Shown: in pieces, positions 30,401-36,730 of the stretch
Position numbering within the stretch: position 1 is the first letter of the stretch
How the letters are laid out: the number at the start of each line of letters is the position of its first letter
DNA from: Betaproteobacteria bacterium
Lineage (GTDB): Bacteria; Pseudomonadota; Gammaproteobacteria; Burkholderiales; SG8-41
Assembly (NCBI GenBank): GCA_016199545.1
Contig: JACQGN010000031.1
Span: 1 to 62,338 of the forward strand
DNA: 62,338 nucleotides
Direction of reading: 5' to 3'
Translations under genes and position numbers: made by a program
Notes under the pieces: generated by a model
Databases searched by the model: none
Told to the model about the DNA's origin: nothing
Seen by the model: the letters and a program-made list of their open reading frames with translations, nothing else

Positions 30401-30519
30401 CGGGGAGCGCGTATTACGATATGCCGCGCGCGGTGGTGGGTTTGCAGGACGTCGCGGGGCACCAGCTCAAGGCATTCCGGGGGCTACGCGAGGGGATGAA
30501 CGTTCTGCCACAAGCGTAA
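21433..30519 (+). CDS. Giant RTX (repeats-in-toxin) calcium-binding T1SS substrate with an N-terminal alpha/beta-hydrolase (lipase-like) head
   Basis: The ATG at 21433 overlaps the upstream TGA (ATGA); an alternative ATG is at 21439. The N-terminal region has FSATLFRKREGGELTLSFRSTE and a nucleophile elbow GYSLG (nt 21916-21930). Dozens of GGxGxDxL nonapeptide repeats alternate with about 8 modules of the type D.I.F..GI...DI...R.G.DLV......G.D.V.V..WF......I..F.FADGT (haemolysin-type Ca-binding related domain). There is an acidic and Gly/Ala-rich tail. Confidence 0.9.
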   Translation: MTMANGQINQLLEFANMQMAAEAFLSRVNDTTPNVPSAAEIRDRLIEGNTHASKFMLVQAEQFTSQYEVLAQYRNDPLLPGGTGFSATLFRKREGGELTLSFRSTEYLDDAVRDNKSTNDLEIKDIGWALGQIAEMEAWYRDLRQTHLAAGDGNVRNFNVTGYSLGAHLATAFNILRREESTETGVPNPILATYTFNGAGTGQKLNGRRLTDLLADFNQIRADYRSSPQWNALSESDRMTIEDGAQFAVNKINAEWAYVAGLSGLQNPAFGGATAPLGMQTSLDYQVAALVVGRDTVGALDSNYPTVGGPIFISSNLLLAPTDQRFSNMVDVVGMETQGLATSFVANSGIHYGNRVQVHIEAQPLYRGNFPLSAIGNSVTHLGIKLLVNNPTDNDFADTHSLVLLVDSLSLMAAMEKLAPTLTIEMAGQLLAAMSNAKADQLLFTQGKAEGDSLERMLDALRRLALGPSLDPTFNRDQMLQLLEGNTWHQSAYRVPFHEKLVDLRERISALTALSETFVFDSLLTRTPAQLSESTANPDALAYRYALRELNPFALLGDTANAAIYSWHNLAGQLDLYSAGNRTGTLTTQWIADRVDFLSHRNKANTTNVSLLPSTQVTEPWRFVDLPLNYKLTIIPPGGTAIEVLTHRAIFDGDSSDALHGGKVSDRLYGAGGADYLEGKADNDYLEGGTGLDVYAYSGAMQLLGGANDGADVIRDIDGKGILRYMYSPLLGSLQTTVIADASSRQSDTEWRSANGKFTYTVRPNEEGRIDLEVTINGDAGGALTLKDFRDGDFGIRLWGDRQAPQAVVRTFYGDKENWDADSSQDGIQPAPDGFGNFLRADGQDGRNDVALPDRSDFFYGAPTAEVERFMLGNNNDGAYSDGTDSATTATGSVDWLQGGPGRDDLVSGAGNDLIEAGADGVYENEVGGDIAYGALGDDEIYGTEKIALAAAINAGDTNIPTSLKGDLLSGGPGEDWLIAGAANDFLLGGSDRDLMIAGAGDDDVFGDGDFIALTPLWTALRTITTDPVTGTNTYSIEINLGELSPIGAGAGGNDVVYAGSGSDWIFAYEGDDFVDGGPGNDVAFGMDGDDVLIGGAGDDLLVGDSGPASAVFGGDYLDGGAGNDRLQGDGGNDVLIGGAGDDTLTGGAGKDIYVFNKGDGKETIFDTPDDPAKADASVLVLGDGFFRSNVRFFPGSLGIDLGPSNPEDLNSPHDVIHFEGFDQINPDATPLLTEIRFGDGTSMSYAEILAQGFDIDGTAGNDNSNPDEPPNLVGTGVTDRIWGFAGNDLLFGLAGDDMLDGGDDADSLVGGAGADTIHGGSGNDVIWADGESGGMVAPDGADVIYAGEGTDLVYGFDGGDQILGEGGNDTLYGEHGADLVDGGTSNDFVYGDALYMVLGTPILNYFDDNANDTLRGGDGNDVLNAGGGDDILEGGADSDRLEAEAGNDALDGGDGADTLWGGAGADTLTGGMGDGDVLSGEAGDDVYIFNLGDGEDRIHEQPDTVLDFLAFGSGITVADISFSRGTGNALVAWHANGTDQVSIPDWYLGAGYRLDRFDFADATQIMAAQAETSALTSFRGGSGDDTLSGNSSADTMYGLAGNDWLSGNAGNDTLIGGTGGDTLIGGDGADTYRVALGDGADLIQETGLVDDTLIFGASVAGTDITYDRVGSNLVMRHANGTDSVTVYNWFEPGFSYVLQSVTFESDGTTLSLSQLSTLATVIPHQYTLDLGDGAKLIEDWGGIDTLTFGAAIAKADIQTSRVGVDLVLTHVNGSDRVTVKGWFDDVAKQIEQVTFSATGETFTHSELTDPFLTLNGTAGNDSIEGGNAYGETIDGLAGNDVIYGFAGEDQITGGLGNDTLNGGAGADRYYFVTGDGADRVNEDNSGGNVIQFGPGLVDKLVSTFPSDGSNLITFTGLTDSVRIFNNFSSTILKFELYGTATANTLTGSDWGDVVQALGGNDSVYGGAGSDEIYGGAGNDTLEGGRDVDYLYGEAGDDVIDGGSRTLIDTDDGFVTYFHGGPGNDTLYGDGGATGDQYFFNLGDGQDLIVDEPYFGNAQWHYSQFDELNFGPGITEGSLSAVPSGSDLIVNVTPTDRVALRNWMSNPMYRVDYFTFSDGTQLDTAGILQLAYTQRGTEGDDTLTGAESQADRLYGNGGDDVLSGLGGNDLLDGGTGNDTLSGGTGDDQLNGGAGADALNGGDGNDTYEFGPGAGQDAIIDSGGVDTVQFSSGVTASNVVLSRNANSLVLTISATADALTITDYFVNPAFRIEDFNFADGSLLPGESSILDQFLNIRGTAGDDVLSGTAGVDILYGLDGNDALTALADNDTLLGGVDNDTLTGGTGNDNLQGEAGDDHYQYELGDGQDVVSDTAGFDTLVFGAGIATTSVSTTRSGSNLMLGVNVTGNTGQVTVQNYFNGQETEEIRFADATVWDAAAVRARVLAASSTSGSDLIIGYESNDTISSLAGHDTVYAGAGDDMVDGGSGSDTLYGEEGNDHLTAGSGDAKNATVNNYLYGGSGDDVLLASAKTDFLYGDAGNDILRGSNGISIMNDSSGNNLLDAQGGSDQLYGGDQNDLMIGGAGLDSFDGDSDLDGLRGRDILAFNKSDGQDLVSRLASGSTISIGGGTLYSNLALEAQNTALRLKTGSNHYISLGDWYLTPANKAVSTLQIVIEGTRDYKTSSSNPMNNLKIQRFDFLGLVAAFDAAGRPSNFNVAANLPGAYIAGSDTEAIGGAIAYQYARSGSLGALTYDQMRAVISAPEFAVSVQPIAFGSAAAAESSAMDSSDPAAGSEVQADAERLTIEGGSATDEQRAFHDGPISRSTRDSPMPEFNSPATGTIAPAAIAGVRGAGFNDAAPQRPAGSSAAAPDASLLADAPGGRAITGTDDRDSVVAHRSDTGGQVKREYGSGSALEALVEQWFNRRSLHEDLSLLDDVWRGEAPVSAPASGSVAAAWEASHRWLAAQAKARNQAGNADADGADLSGLSLLGTGSAYYDMPRAVVGLQDVAGHQLKAFRGLREGMNVLPQA

Positions 30520-30557
30520 GCGAAACGCGTGTGTTGCGTCTCCTGAAGGAGGGCACG

Positions 30558-31913
30558 ATGTTCGATAAGCTGAATGCAAGCGGAGTCTCCACCCTGGACC
30601 TGGAGTTTGCGCCGGCGTTGCTCAGGATGCAGCGTGAGGCGCCCACACCGCTGCCGCGCATCGTGGCCTGCGCGCTGCTTGGCCTCCTGACGGTGACGCT
30701 GGCGTGGGCCGCGATCGGGCAACTCGATGTGGTCGCGGTTGCACAGGGAAAAATCGTGCCGCAAAGCTTTCTCAAGATCGTACAGCCGGCCGAGCAGGGC
30801 ATCGTGCGCGAAATCCTGGTGAAGGATGGCGATCTCGTGGAAGCCGGACAGGTGCTGGTGCGCATGGATACGCGCCTGCAGGATGCGGACCGAAAAGTCG
30901 TGGAGAACGACCTCGAATTGCGGGAGCTGCAGTTGCGCCGCATCGACGCGGAACTTGCGGGCACTCCGCTGAAACAGCACCCAGGGGCCTCGCCCGGCTC
31001 GTTTGCGCAGGTTGAAGCGCAGTACCAGGCCCGCCGCCAGGCGTATCTGGATGCCGTCGGCGCCGAACGCGCGCTCCTCGTGAAGTCGCAGCAGGAGCTG
31101 CAGGTCGCGACGGAAGTGGAAAGCAAGCTCAGGCAAACCGTTCCGATTTACCGCGAGCAGGCACACGGCTGGGATCAGCTCGCCAGGGAAGGGTTCGCGG
31201 GAAAATTGATGGCGCTGGAACGCCAGCGCCTGTACATCGAGAACGAACAGGATCTGCGCGCCCAGGCCTACAACATCGAGAGCCTGAAGGCGAGCGTCGC
31301 GCAATCGGAGCAGCGGCTGGCGCAGATCACCTCGAACTACCGGCAGCAATTGCAGAACGAGCGGGTGGAGGCGGACGCCCACCGGCATCGCCTGCGCCAG
31401 GAACTCGCCAAGCACCAGCACCGCTCGCAGTTGCTCGAGCTGCGTGCCCCACAGGCCGGCGTCGTCAAGGATCTCGCCACGCATACGCCCGGAACCGTGG
31501 TGGCGCCGGGCACGATCCTGCTCACACTGGTGCCCAGGGAAGAACCGCTTGTCGCCGAAGTGTGGGTGCGTAACGCCGACGCCGGTTTCGTGCAGCCGGC
31601 ACAAAAGACCCGAATCAAGCTTGCCGCGTATCCGTTCCAGAAGTACGGCATGCTGGAGGGCAGGGTGCAGCACGTGAGCGCGGATGCGCAGGACAGGGCT
31701 AACGATGCCGGCGAGGCACGGCAGTTTCAGGACGCGGCGTATCGCGCGCTGATCGACCTTGAGGCTGCGTTCCTGGAACACCAGGGCACGCGCCTTGCGC
31801 TGGTTCCGGGCATGCTGGTCAACGCCGAGATCCACCTGGGCACGCGCAGCGTGCTGGAATACCTGCTTTCACCAGTGCAGAAAGTCGCCCATGAGGCGGG
31901 ACGGGAGAGATAG
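30558..31913 (+). CDS. Type I secretion membrane fusion protein (HlyD family)
   Basis: GAAGGAGGG RBS. Single N-terminal TM helix (RIVACALLGLLTVTLAWAAIG). Lipoyl-like motif GKIVPQSFLKIVQPAEQGIVREILVKDGDLVEAGQVLVRMD. Long coiled coil and a C-terminal beta-barrel (GMLVNAEIHLGTRSVLEYLLSP). Confidence 0.9.
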   Translation: MFDKLNASGVSTLDLEFAPALLRMQREAPTPLPRIVACALLGLLTVTLAWAAIGQLDVVAVAQGKIVPQSFLKIVQPAEQGIVREILVKDGDLVEAGQVLVRMDTRLQDADRKVVENDLELRELQLRRIDAELAGTPLKQHPGASPGSFAQVEAQYQARRQAYLDAVGAERALLVKSQQELQVATEVESKLRQTVPIYREQAHGWDQLAREGFAGKLMALERQRLYIENEQDLRAQAYNIESLKASVAQSEQRLAQITSNYRQQLQNERVEADAHRHRLRQELAKHQHRSQLLELRAPQAGVVKDLATHTPGTVVAPGTILLTLVPREEPLVAEVWVRNADAGFVQPAQKTRIKLAAYPFQKYGMLEGRVQHVSADAQDRANDAGEARQFQDAAYRALIDLEAAFLEHQGTRLALVPGMLVNAEIHLGTRSVLEYLLSPVQKVAHEAGRER

Positions 31914-31916
31914 CCT

Positions 31917-32390
31917 GTGACTGCTGCGCCGCGGGTGCGCATCGCGCTCGGCCCCTCGCGCATCCTGGCGGCTGTGTTGAGCCTGGCGCACGCCCTGGCG
32001 TTGGCTGTGATTCTCATCGTCACCATACCCGTCTGGGCGAAGCTTCTGGTGGGATCGGTAATCGCGGCGAGTTGCGCCTGGTCGATCTGCCACGCAGGAC
32101 TGCTACGCACCGCGCACGCAATCATCGAACTGGTAATCGGGGAGGGCGGGCGAGTCTCCTACCGTGACCGCACCGGGACGTGGCAAGAGGTGCGGATACT
32201 CAATTCGAGCTTCGTCGCACCGTGGCTCACAGTGTTGAATCTGCGCGCGGAGGGTTCACGGTTTGCCCGGCAGGTGGTCATTCTGCCGGACAGCGTGGAC
32301 GCGGACTCTTTTCGCCGGCTGAGGGTGCTGCTGCGCTGGGCACGAACGGCGCCGGGTGCGCCGTCGGAGCCTTCTAGTACTCGGGGTTAG
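31917..32390 (+). CDS. Two-TM membrane protein resembling the CptA/YgfX family
   Basis: GTG start 3 nt after the hlyD stop. Two N-terminal TM helices. The C-terminal VVILPDSVDADSFRRLRVLLRW resembles the E. coli YgfX tail WLAADSMDEAEWRDLRRILL. The family call rests on remembered motifs only. Confidence 0.45.
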   Translation: MTAAPRVRIALGPSRILAAVLSLAHALALAVILIVTIPVWAKLLVGSVIAASCAWSICHAGLLRTAHAIIELVIGEGGRVSYRDRTGTWQEVRILNSSFVAPWLTVLNLRAEGSRFARQVVILPDSVDADSFRRLRVLLRWARTAPGAPSEPSSTRG

Positions 32391-32652
32391 GTTCGACGCC
32401 GACGCCGGTATAGGCGCGCACGTAAGCATAGAGCAGGCGCTCGGCTTCCTCGCGGTTCGCGCACTCCGTCTTCTCGGGTTTGGCCGGGTGGGGCGCCCCT
32501 TCGGCGAGGCGGTAGAAGTGGCTCACCGCCCACGAGTACTTGACCGTGGCGTCACCGCCCATGCGTTCGCACAACCGCCCTTTGACCTTGGTGTTCCCCT
32601 TCAGCATGGTGAACACGTACTCGATCAGCACTTTTTCGACGACCTTATACAT
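32374..32652 (-). CDS. Small hypothetical protein (92 aa)
   Basis: AAGGAG RBS before the ATG at 32652. Very high GC3. Its 3' end overlaps the convergent 31917..32390 ORF by 17 nt. Confidence 0.6.
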   Translation of the reverse strand: MYKVVEKVLIEYVFTMLKGNTKVKGRLCERMGGDATVKYSWAVSHFYRLAEGAPHPAKPEKTECANREEAERLLYAYVRAYTGVGVEPNPEY

Positions 32653-32840
32653 TGCGTGCGACTCCTTGTTTTTGCGGTAGCGGCTGTCAGGGCGAAGTAT
32701 AGCTTGGGCGCCGGGGCGGGCGCTGGTGGAGGCCACCTACTAGAGGCACACCGCGACTGGTGCTCGGCGGAATAGGATGCTATTTAACATAATATACATT
32801 ATACGCACTAACGCATTCCGCACTATAATAGCAACACGAC

Positions 32841-33659
32841 CTAGGTTTGAACCTCACTTCCCCGCCGAAGGCGCTCTCGGAGCCCCTCTAGCGATGCCTC
32901 CCTAGCATCCACAGGCCTAACCCGCCGAATCACCCTCAGCGGCCGAACAGGCAGCCCGAATTTCTGGCTGGCACGCGCATCGATCTCAAACATTGCGTCG
33001 TAAAAGAACTTACTCTCGCCAAGAAAACCCCCAAGAACTGCCCCAACACGTTTACCCACTTTGTCTTTTAGAACAGGCACTCTAGCCCCAGCACGCTTAC
33101 CGATGATTCCCCGGTTATGCACGATCGCATTCCTTAACTCCACTAGAACCACTGCCTTCTCCTCATCGTGTCGCACCGAGAACAGCTGAAATCCCATCTC
33201 CTTGAACAAGTATTCCGACAGCTCCCTAAAGCCAAGATAGGACAACCTCTCGACCCGTTTCTCCGCTAGAGCCCTTCTCAGTTCATCCATCGTTTGAAAC
33301 TGCAACACGAACTCAACACGCTCTTGCTCAGATGAGCGCAACATTTCAGGCTTCGCGCCGTAAACCAGCGCCAGCAACTCTGTCACGTATGTCAGAACAT
33401 TGTCCACCACACGACATACAAGCATTTCATTCACCAACTCGTTATGCGAATCCATTTCCCCCACTAGATACCCATCTGCCGCCTGAACCTTGCCATTCTT
33501 CGAGCGTGCCCCCATGTCGGTGAAAAGCACAATCTGCGACTCCACGACGAAAACATAGAACTCAAGCAGCCTCATCTGTTCCGCGAAGAAACGCTCGCCG
33601 GCCTCAGTAACGAGCGGCTCTACCGCGCGGCCCGACCCGCTAACCTTTGCCTCACCCAT
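32841..33659 (-). CDS. HEPN-motif protein (MAE_28990/RiboL-PSP-like HEPN candidate)
   Basis: Mostly helical-looking 272-aa protein. It has a canonical Rx4H motif, ELRNAIVHNRG (R176...H181, nt 33117-33134). It lies in the low-GC segment (28/60 GC in the line starting at 33001). Confidence 0.55.
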   Translation of the reverse strand: MGEAKVSGSGRAVEPLVTEAGERFFAEQMRLLEFYVFVVESQIVLFTDMGARSKNGKVQAADGYLVGEMDSHNELVNEMLVCRVVDNVLTYVTELLALVYGAKPEMLRSSEQERVEFVLQFQTMDELRRALAEKRVERLSYLGFRELSEYLFKEMGFQLFSVRHDEEKAVVLVELRNAIVHNRGIIGKRAGARVPVLKDKVGKRVGAVLGGFLGESKFFYDAMFEIDARASQKFGLPVRPLRVIRRVRPVDAREASLEGLRERLRRGSEVQT

Positions 33660-33668
33660 TTCTTAACC

Positions 33669-33860
33669 TTATGGCCTCAAGAAAAGTTCCACCAAAGAAG
33701 GCACAACACTCTCAATTCGCTCCCCAGCCTCAAAAAGTAATTGATCCGCCACCCACTGCACAACAACGAAGCCGACAGCCCTAAATAAGCCGTCCAGTTC
33801 TTCGTTGTCGTACTTCGTGCCTCCGGGACTGATCGCATAGTCTCTACCGTTCGCACCCAC
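33669..33860 (-). CDS. Possible small ORF between the AbiC-like and HEPN genes
   Basis: Protein-like 63-aa translation (YDNEELDGLFRAVGFVVVQWVADQLLFEAGERIESVVPSLVELF), but with a GTG start and no RBS. It is in the same frame as the HEPN gene, separated by TAA GGT TAA GAA. Confidence 0.25.
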   Translation of the reverse strand: MGANGRDYAISPGGTKYDNEELDGLFRAVGFVVVQWVADQLLFEAGERIESVVPSLVELFLRP

Positions 33861-33894
33861 CGGCGCGCGCCCGCGTTGACTGCGCCGTTAAGGC

Positions 33895-34722
33895 TCATTT
33901 CGCCTTTGCCTTAGCCCTTTCCGCCTCTCGCGCCTGAACACGAGCCCGGACCTCTGCGATCGCTTCGCCAAACATGATTCCCGGAAACAATTTTTCTGTG
34001 GCCTCAAACCCTTTCAGTTTCAGCAAATCGCGTCCAGGCTCCGTGATTAAAAGGTGAGTTGCGAGCAACTTTGCCGTCCCAGAGTAGTGTCGAATAATTG
34101 GTATGCTCAAAAGTGCATCGGGCGCGAAGTAAACGCGCTGAATTGAGGAGCCAGCCGCTGGAAGAACTACGGAATCAGTTGCACCTTCATACATTTCCAC
34201 CGCCGACACAAAGCGGTTCAGAAATTCTTCGCATCCACTATCGATTGGCAGCCATTTCGTATGCGCCTCAAAGACCGCATTTGGGTCGCTACCCTCCGTA
34301 ATGGTATTCCATAATTTCATCCCGTTCATGTATGCAGTAGGCAGATCGGTGATAGAGCGCACGCCCTGAACCGAGCCCCGAGAGAGCGATGCATCGTATT
34401 GATCCAGTATTCGCGCCACCTGTTCTAGGGCAGCGTACTTTCCTATCTTCTTCCATTCATTCCGTTGCTGCTCCATCGATTGCCGCTGCATCGCCAATTC
34501 CTGGCGCTGTAGCCTCAGCTCTTGACCTTGCATAAAGTACGCCGCGACCAGCCAAATAAAAGCGAGCGTGCCGGCGAATCCGGAAAAGAAATCACCTATT
34601 TGACTTAGTGTTTCAAGCTTTGGCGCGATGACCAGCGCGACAATGCCGGCCAATATCACTATGGCGGTGAGTGCCCAAGGCCACCATCTTTCCATCGTCG
34701 CGCGATTCATGAGCCCTAACAC
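33895..34722 (-). CDS. Two-TM protein with AbiC-like (putative abortive infection) N-terminal module
   Basis: The segment TM1, GDFFSGFAGTLAFIWLVAAYFMQGQELRLQRQEL (nt 34495-34599) matches the remembered putAbiC pattern: GD(F/Y)xGG...TM helix...Q..EL...Q. It is followed by a soluble domain and a Lys/Ala-rich tail. Confidence 0.5.
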   Translation of the reverse strand: MLGLMNRATMERWWPWALTAIVILAGIVALVIAPKLETLSQIGDFFSGFAGTLAFIWLVAAYFMQGQELRLQRQELAMQRQSMEQQRNEWKKIGKYAALEQVARILDQYDASLSRGSVQGVRSITDLPTAYMNGMKLWNTITEGSDPNAVFEAHTKWLPIDSGCEEFLNRFVSAVEMYEGATDSVVLPAAGSSIQRVYFAPDALLSIPIIRHYSGTAKLLATHLLITEPGRDLLKLKGFEATEKLFPGIMFGEAIAEVRARVQAREAERAKAKAK

Positions 34723-34770
34723 TCACGCCCACTGGCACGCATTACAAAGCGCAGCCATCCCAGTCGCCCA

Positions 34771-35619
34771 TCAAAACCATCCGATCGCATAGGGCAGCTG
34801 CTCTAGCAACATCTGTCGCCCCGGCTCAGTTCCCCATTGCCAGCAAAGTCGAGACTGCATTTCGATCTTCATATCCTCAAAAAGGCGATGGTTCGGAATA
34901 GCCGGAAACAAATGCCGTGCGGCAATAAACGACGCTTCGTCCAGCGAGTCGAAATAAGTTGGCTGCTCCCGCGGATCATCAAAGCTCCTGATGACCTCCC
35001 CAATTACCGTAAGGGCTGCGACTACATGCACACAGTCCATGATAGAAAACTCATAGCTTTCCATAGAAAGGTGTGCGGCCGATCGATCCGCATACTGCTT
35101 CAGCAGCCCGATCCGGCGGCCGAGTGGAGCCGCAGCACTCAACAGCGCCTTATCTGTTTTTGCGCAATCCCGGAAAATCGACCTAAGTAGGTGAAGCGCG
35201 GCAAGCGCTTCTTCACACCTTCGGCTCGAACGCGTCGACCAGTACTCCGCAACTCTTTCTAACATCTCATCCGAGTTCTTCGCGAAGTTTGCACCGGTTA
35301 GGCCATTGGCGCCGTGGTCGAAGGCCTTTCTGCACGAAAGAGCAACCGTACTGCTCGCAGAGAACTCGATCGCGTGCTTCAGGACCACGCCGGGATACCC
35401 TTCCACCGCGCAAGCTTGATCACGATGCGCATTTGCTCCATGAAACAGATAGAACGCCGGCAACGCAAGCGTAGCCCGCGACTTGACTCCACGAAGGAAG
35501 TGAATTGCCCGTCCCAATGGATCCAACTGCATCGGCGCGCACCGCGGCTTTAATCGTTCCGTGCGCTCTGCCAATGCGCGCTCTGCGCTCTTATCCACTG
35601 AAAAACTTATCTTTGCCAT
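34771..35619 (-). CDS. Hypothetical protein (282 aa), first gene of the low-GC operon
   Basis: Protein-like, helix-rich sequence. No family was recognised. The ATG at 35619 (MAKISFSVDK) is preferred over the track start at 35664. Confidence 0.6.
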   Translation of the reverse strand: MAKISFSVDKSAERALAERTERLKPRCAPMQLDPLGRAIHFLRGVKSRATLALPAFYLFHGANAHRDQACAVEGYPGVVLKHAIEFSASSTVALSCRKAFDHGANGLTGANFAKNSDEMLERVAEYWSTRSSRRCEEALAALHLLRSIFRDCAKTDKALLSAAAPLGRRIGLLKQYADRSAAHLSMESYEFSIMDCVHVVAALTVIGEVIRSFDDPREQPTYFDSLDEASFIAARHLFPAIPNHRLFEDMKIEMQSRLCWQWGTEPGRQMLLEQLPYAIGWF

Positions 35620-36415
35620 GTCCGTATGATAACGACCGCAGAAACCCGCAGACAAAACTACCACCTACCGGCCACACGTCCAGCATACTACGCTGAACAC
35701 CCGCAGGTAATCGAGAAAATCACCGACCAGGAAATCAAGAACACGCCCGGAGACCGCTCGCCAGCCCGCCCGCCGCTGCGCGGCGTGCCGGGCACCCCTC
35801 GGCGCGCCGGCGCCGGGCGCAAACCCGTAATCAAGAAACGAGAAGGACGCGGAGGCCGAAGCCTGCGACGAACGCGAGGCCGATGAAGCCGACCCCGTAG
35901 CAGATCACGCCCACGACCTCGAGGACCCGAACGCTCACAGATCACCCCGCAGCACCATCTGGCGCGCATTCCACCAGCGCCGGTCCGCATCGAACTGCAA
36001 AAGCGGCCGTAACCTGGGCGCCGGTTTCCCCGAACGCTTACGCGGTTCACAGGGCAACCACGGAACAACGCGCACCTGCGGGACGTACGGGCATTCATCT
36101 GACGCCCGCGGCCGCTGTGAGAGGTTGAATGGGCGACCGCCAGATCTCCATTATGTCGGTGCTGATTAGAGAAAGCAGTTACAGCATGGTGAAAGCTGTC
36201 GGGCTGCATGCTCGTTTGCGGCCGCCGCTCGATCGGTGTAAAGTCTCTCGAAGGAAACGAAGGGGGGGAAGCCTTTGGATCGCTATTTCCATTTCTGAAG
36301 CGTTGTATTGCCCCAGTAGTGCGATTGCTTTCAGGCGCCCTGTTCGATCCATGGTACGTATTCGCAACGTTGGCCAATCCACCATAAATCTGCGCTCACG
36401 AGAATCGACCGATAC

Positions 36416-36697
36416 ATGAAACGTCATCTCATCGTCTTCTACACCTTGGTCATCGTGCTCATCCTCTCGGGCCGTTACGCATGGACGCATTGCGAATGGG
36501 ACTGGGTCACGCGCATCAGCTCGGTCGGCGTCATTCTCGGGATCGTGATCGAGCGCTGGAATGTCCTCATCGGGAAGCCGGAGCCTATCCCCGATGCTGC
36601 CACCGGGCGGCTGCCTATCATCCTCCTCTGTATCGGGACCTTCATCGCCGGCTTTGGGGAACTGCTCGGCAAGACCGTATTCGGCTGCCTGCGCTAG
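36416..36697 (+). CDS. Small membrane protein (93 aa)
   Basis: High GC3 and three hydrophobic segments. Its stop codon lies inside the 36695-36730 hairpin. Confidence 0.55.
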   Translation: MKRHLIVFYTLVIVLILSGRYAWTHCEWDWVTRISSVGVILGIVIERWNVLIGKPEPIPDAATGRLPIILLCIGTFIAGFGELLGKTVFGCLR

Positions 36698-36730
36698 GAG
36701 TTTGTCGGACTTAGGCTCGACAAACTCCTA
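36695..36730. terminator. Bidirectional hairpin between convergent genes
   Basis: Perfect 13-bp stem TAGGAGTTTGTCG / CGACAAACTCCTA with a 10-nt loop. The two arms contain the stop codons of the + and - strand genes respectively. Confidence 0.6.

Noticed and set aside
21433-30519. RTX protein as a LapA-type biofilm adhesin.
   Set aside because: No LapG-like protease or LapD-like receptor genes are nearby, and the N-terminus is a hydrolase-like head rather than a retention module. The HD-GYP gene upstream is not enough to support the call.
30189-30557. N-terminal extension of the HlyD ORF into the RTX gene 3' end.
   Set aside because: The extension is Arg-rich and overlaps the cargo gene. A strong GAAGGAGGG RBS precedes the ATG at 30558, and the TM anchor follows immediately.
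33677-33898. 73-aa ORF whose ATG overlaps the stop of the AbiC-like gene.
   Set aside because: The translation (W/R/L-rich, ...LCLLWWNFS) is not protein-like. The alternative frame (33669-33860) looks more plausible but is itself weak.
34771-35619. Possible second HEPN domain (motif YADRSAAHLS).
   Set aside because: The spacing is Rx3H, one residue short of the canonical Rx4-6H. There is not enough evidence to call HEPN without a profile search.
35688-36377. 229-aa minus-strand ORF.
   Set aside because: The translation is Arg/Pro/Gly/Ser-rich with no hydrophobic core pattern. It is probably non-coding, and the region is reported instead as unassigned.
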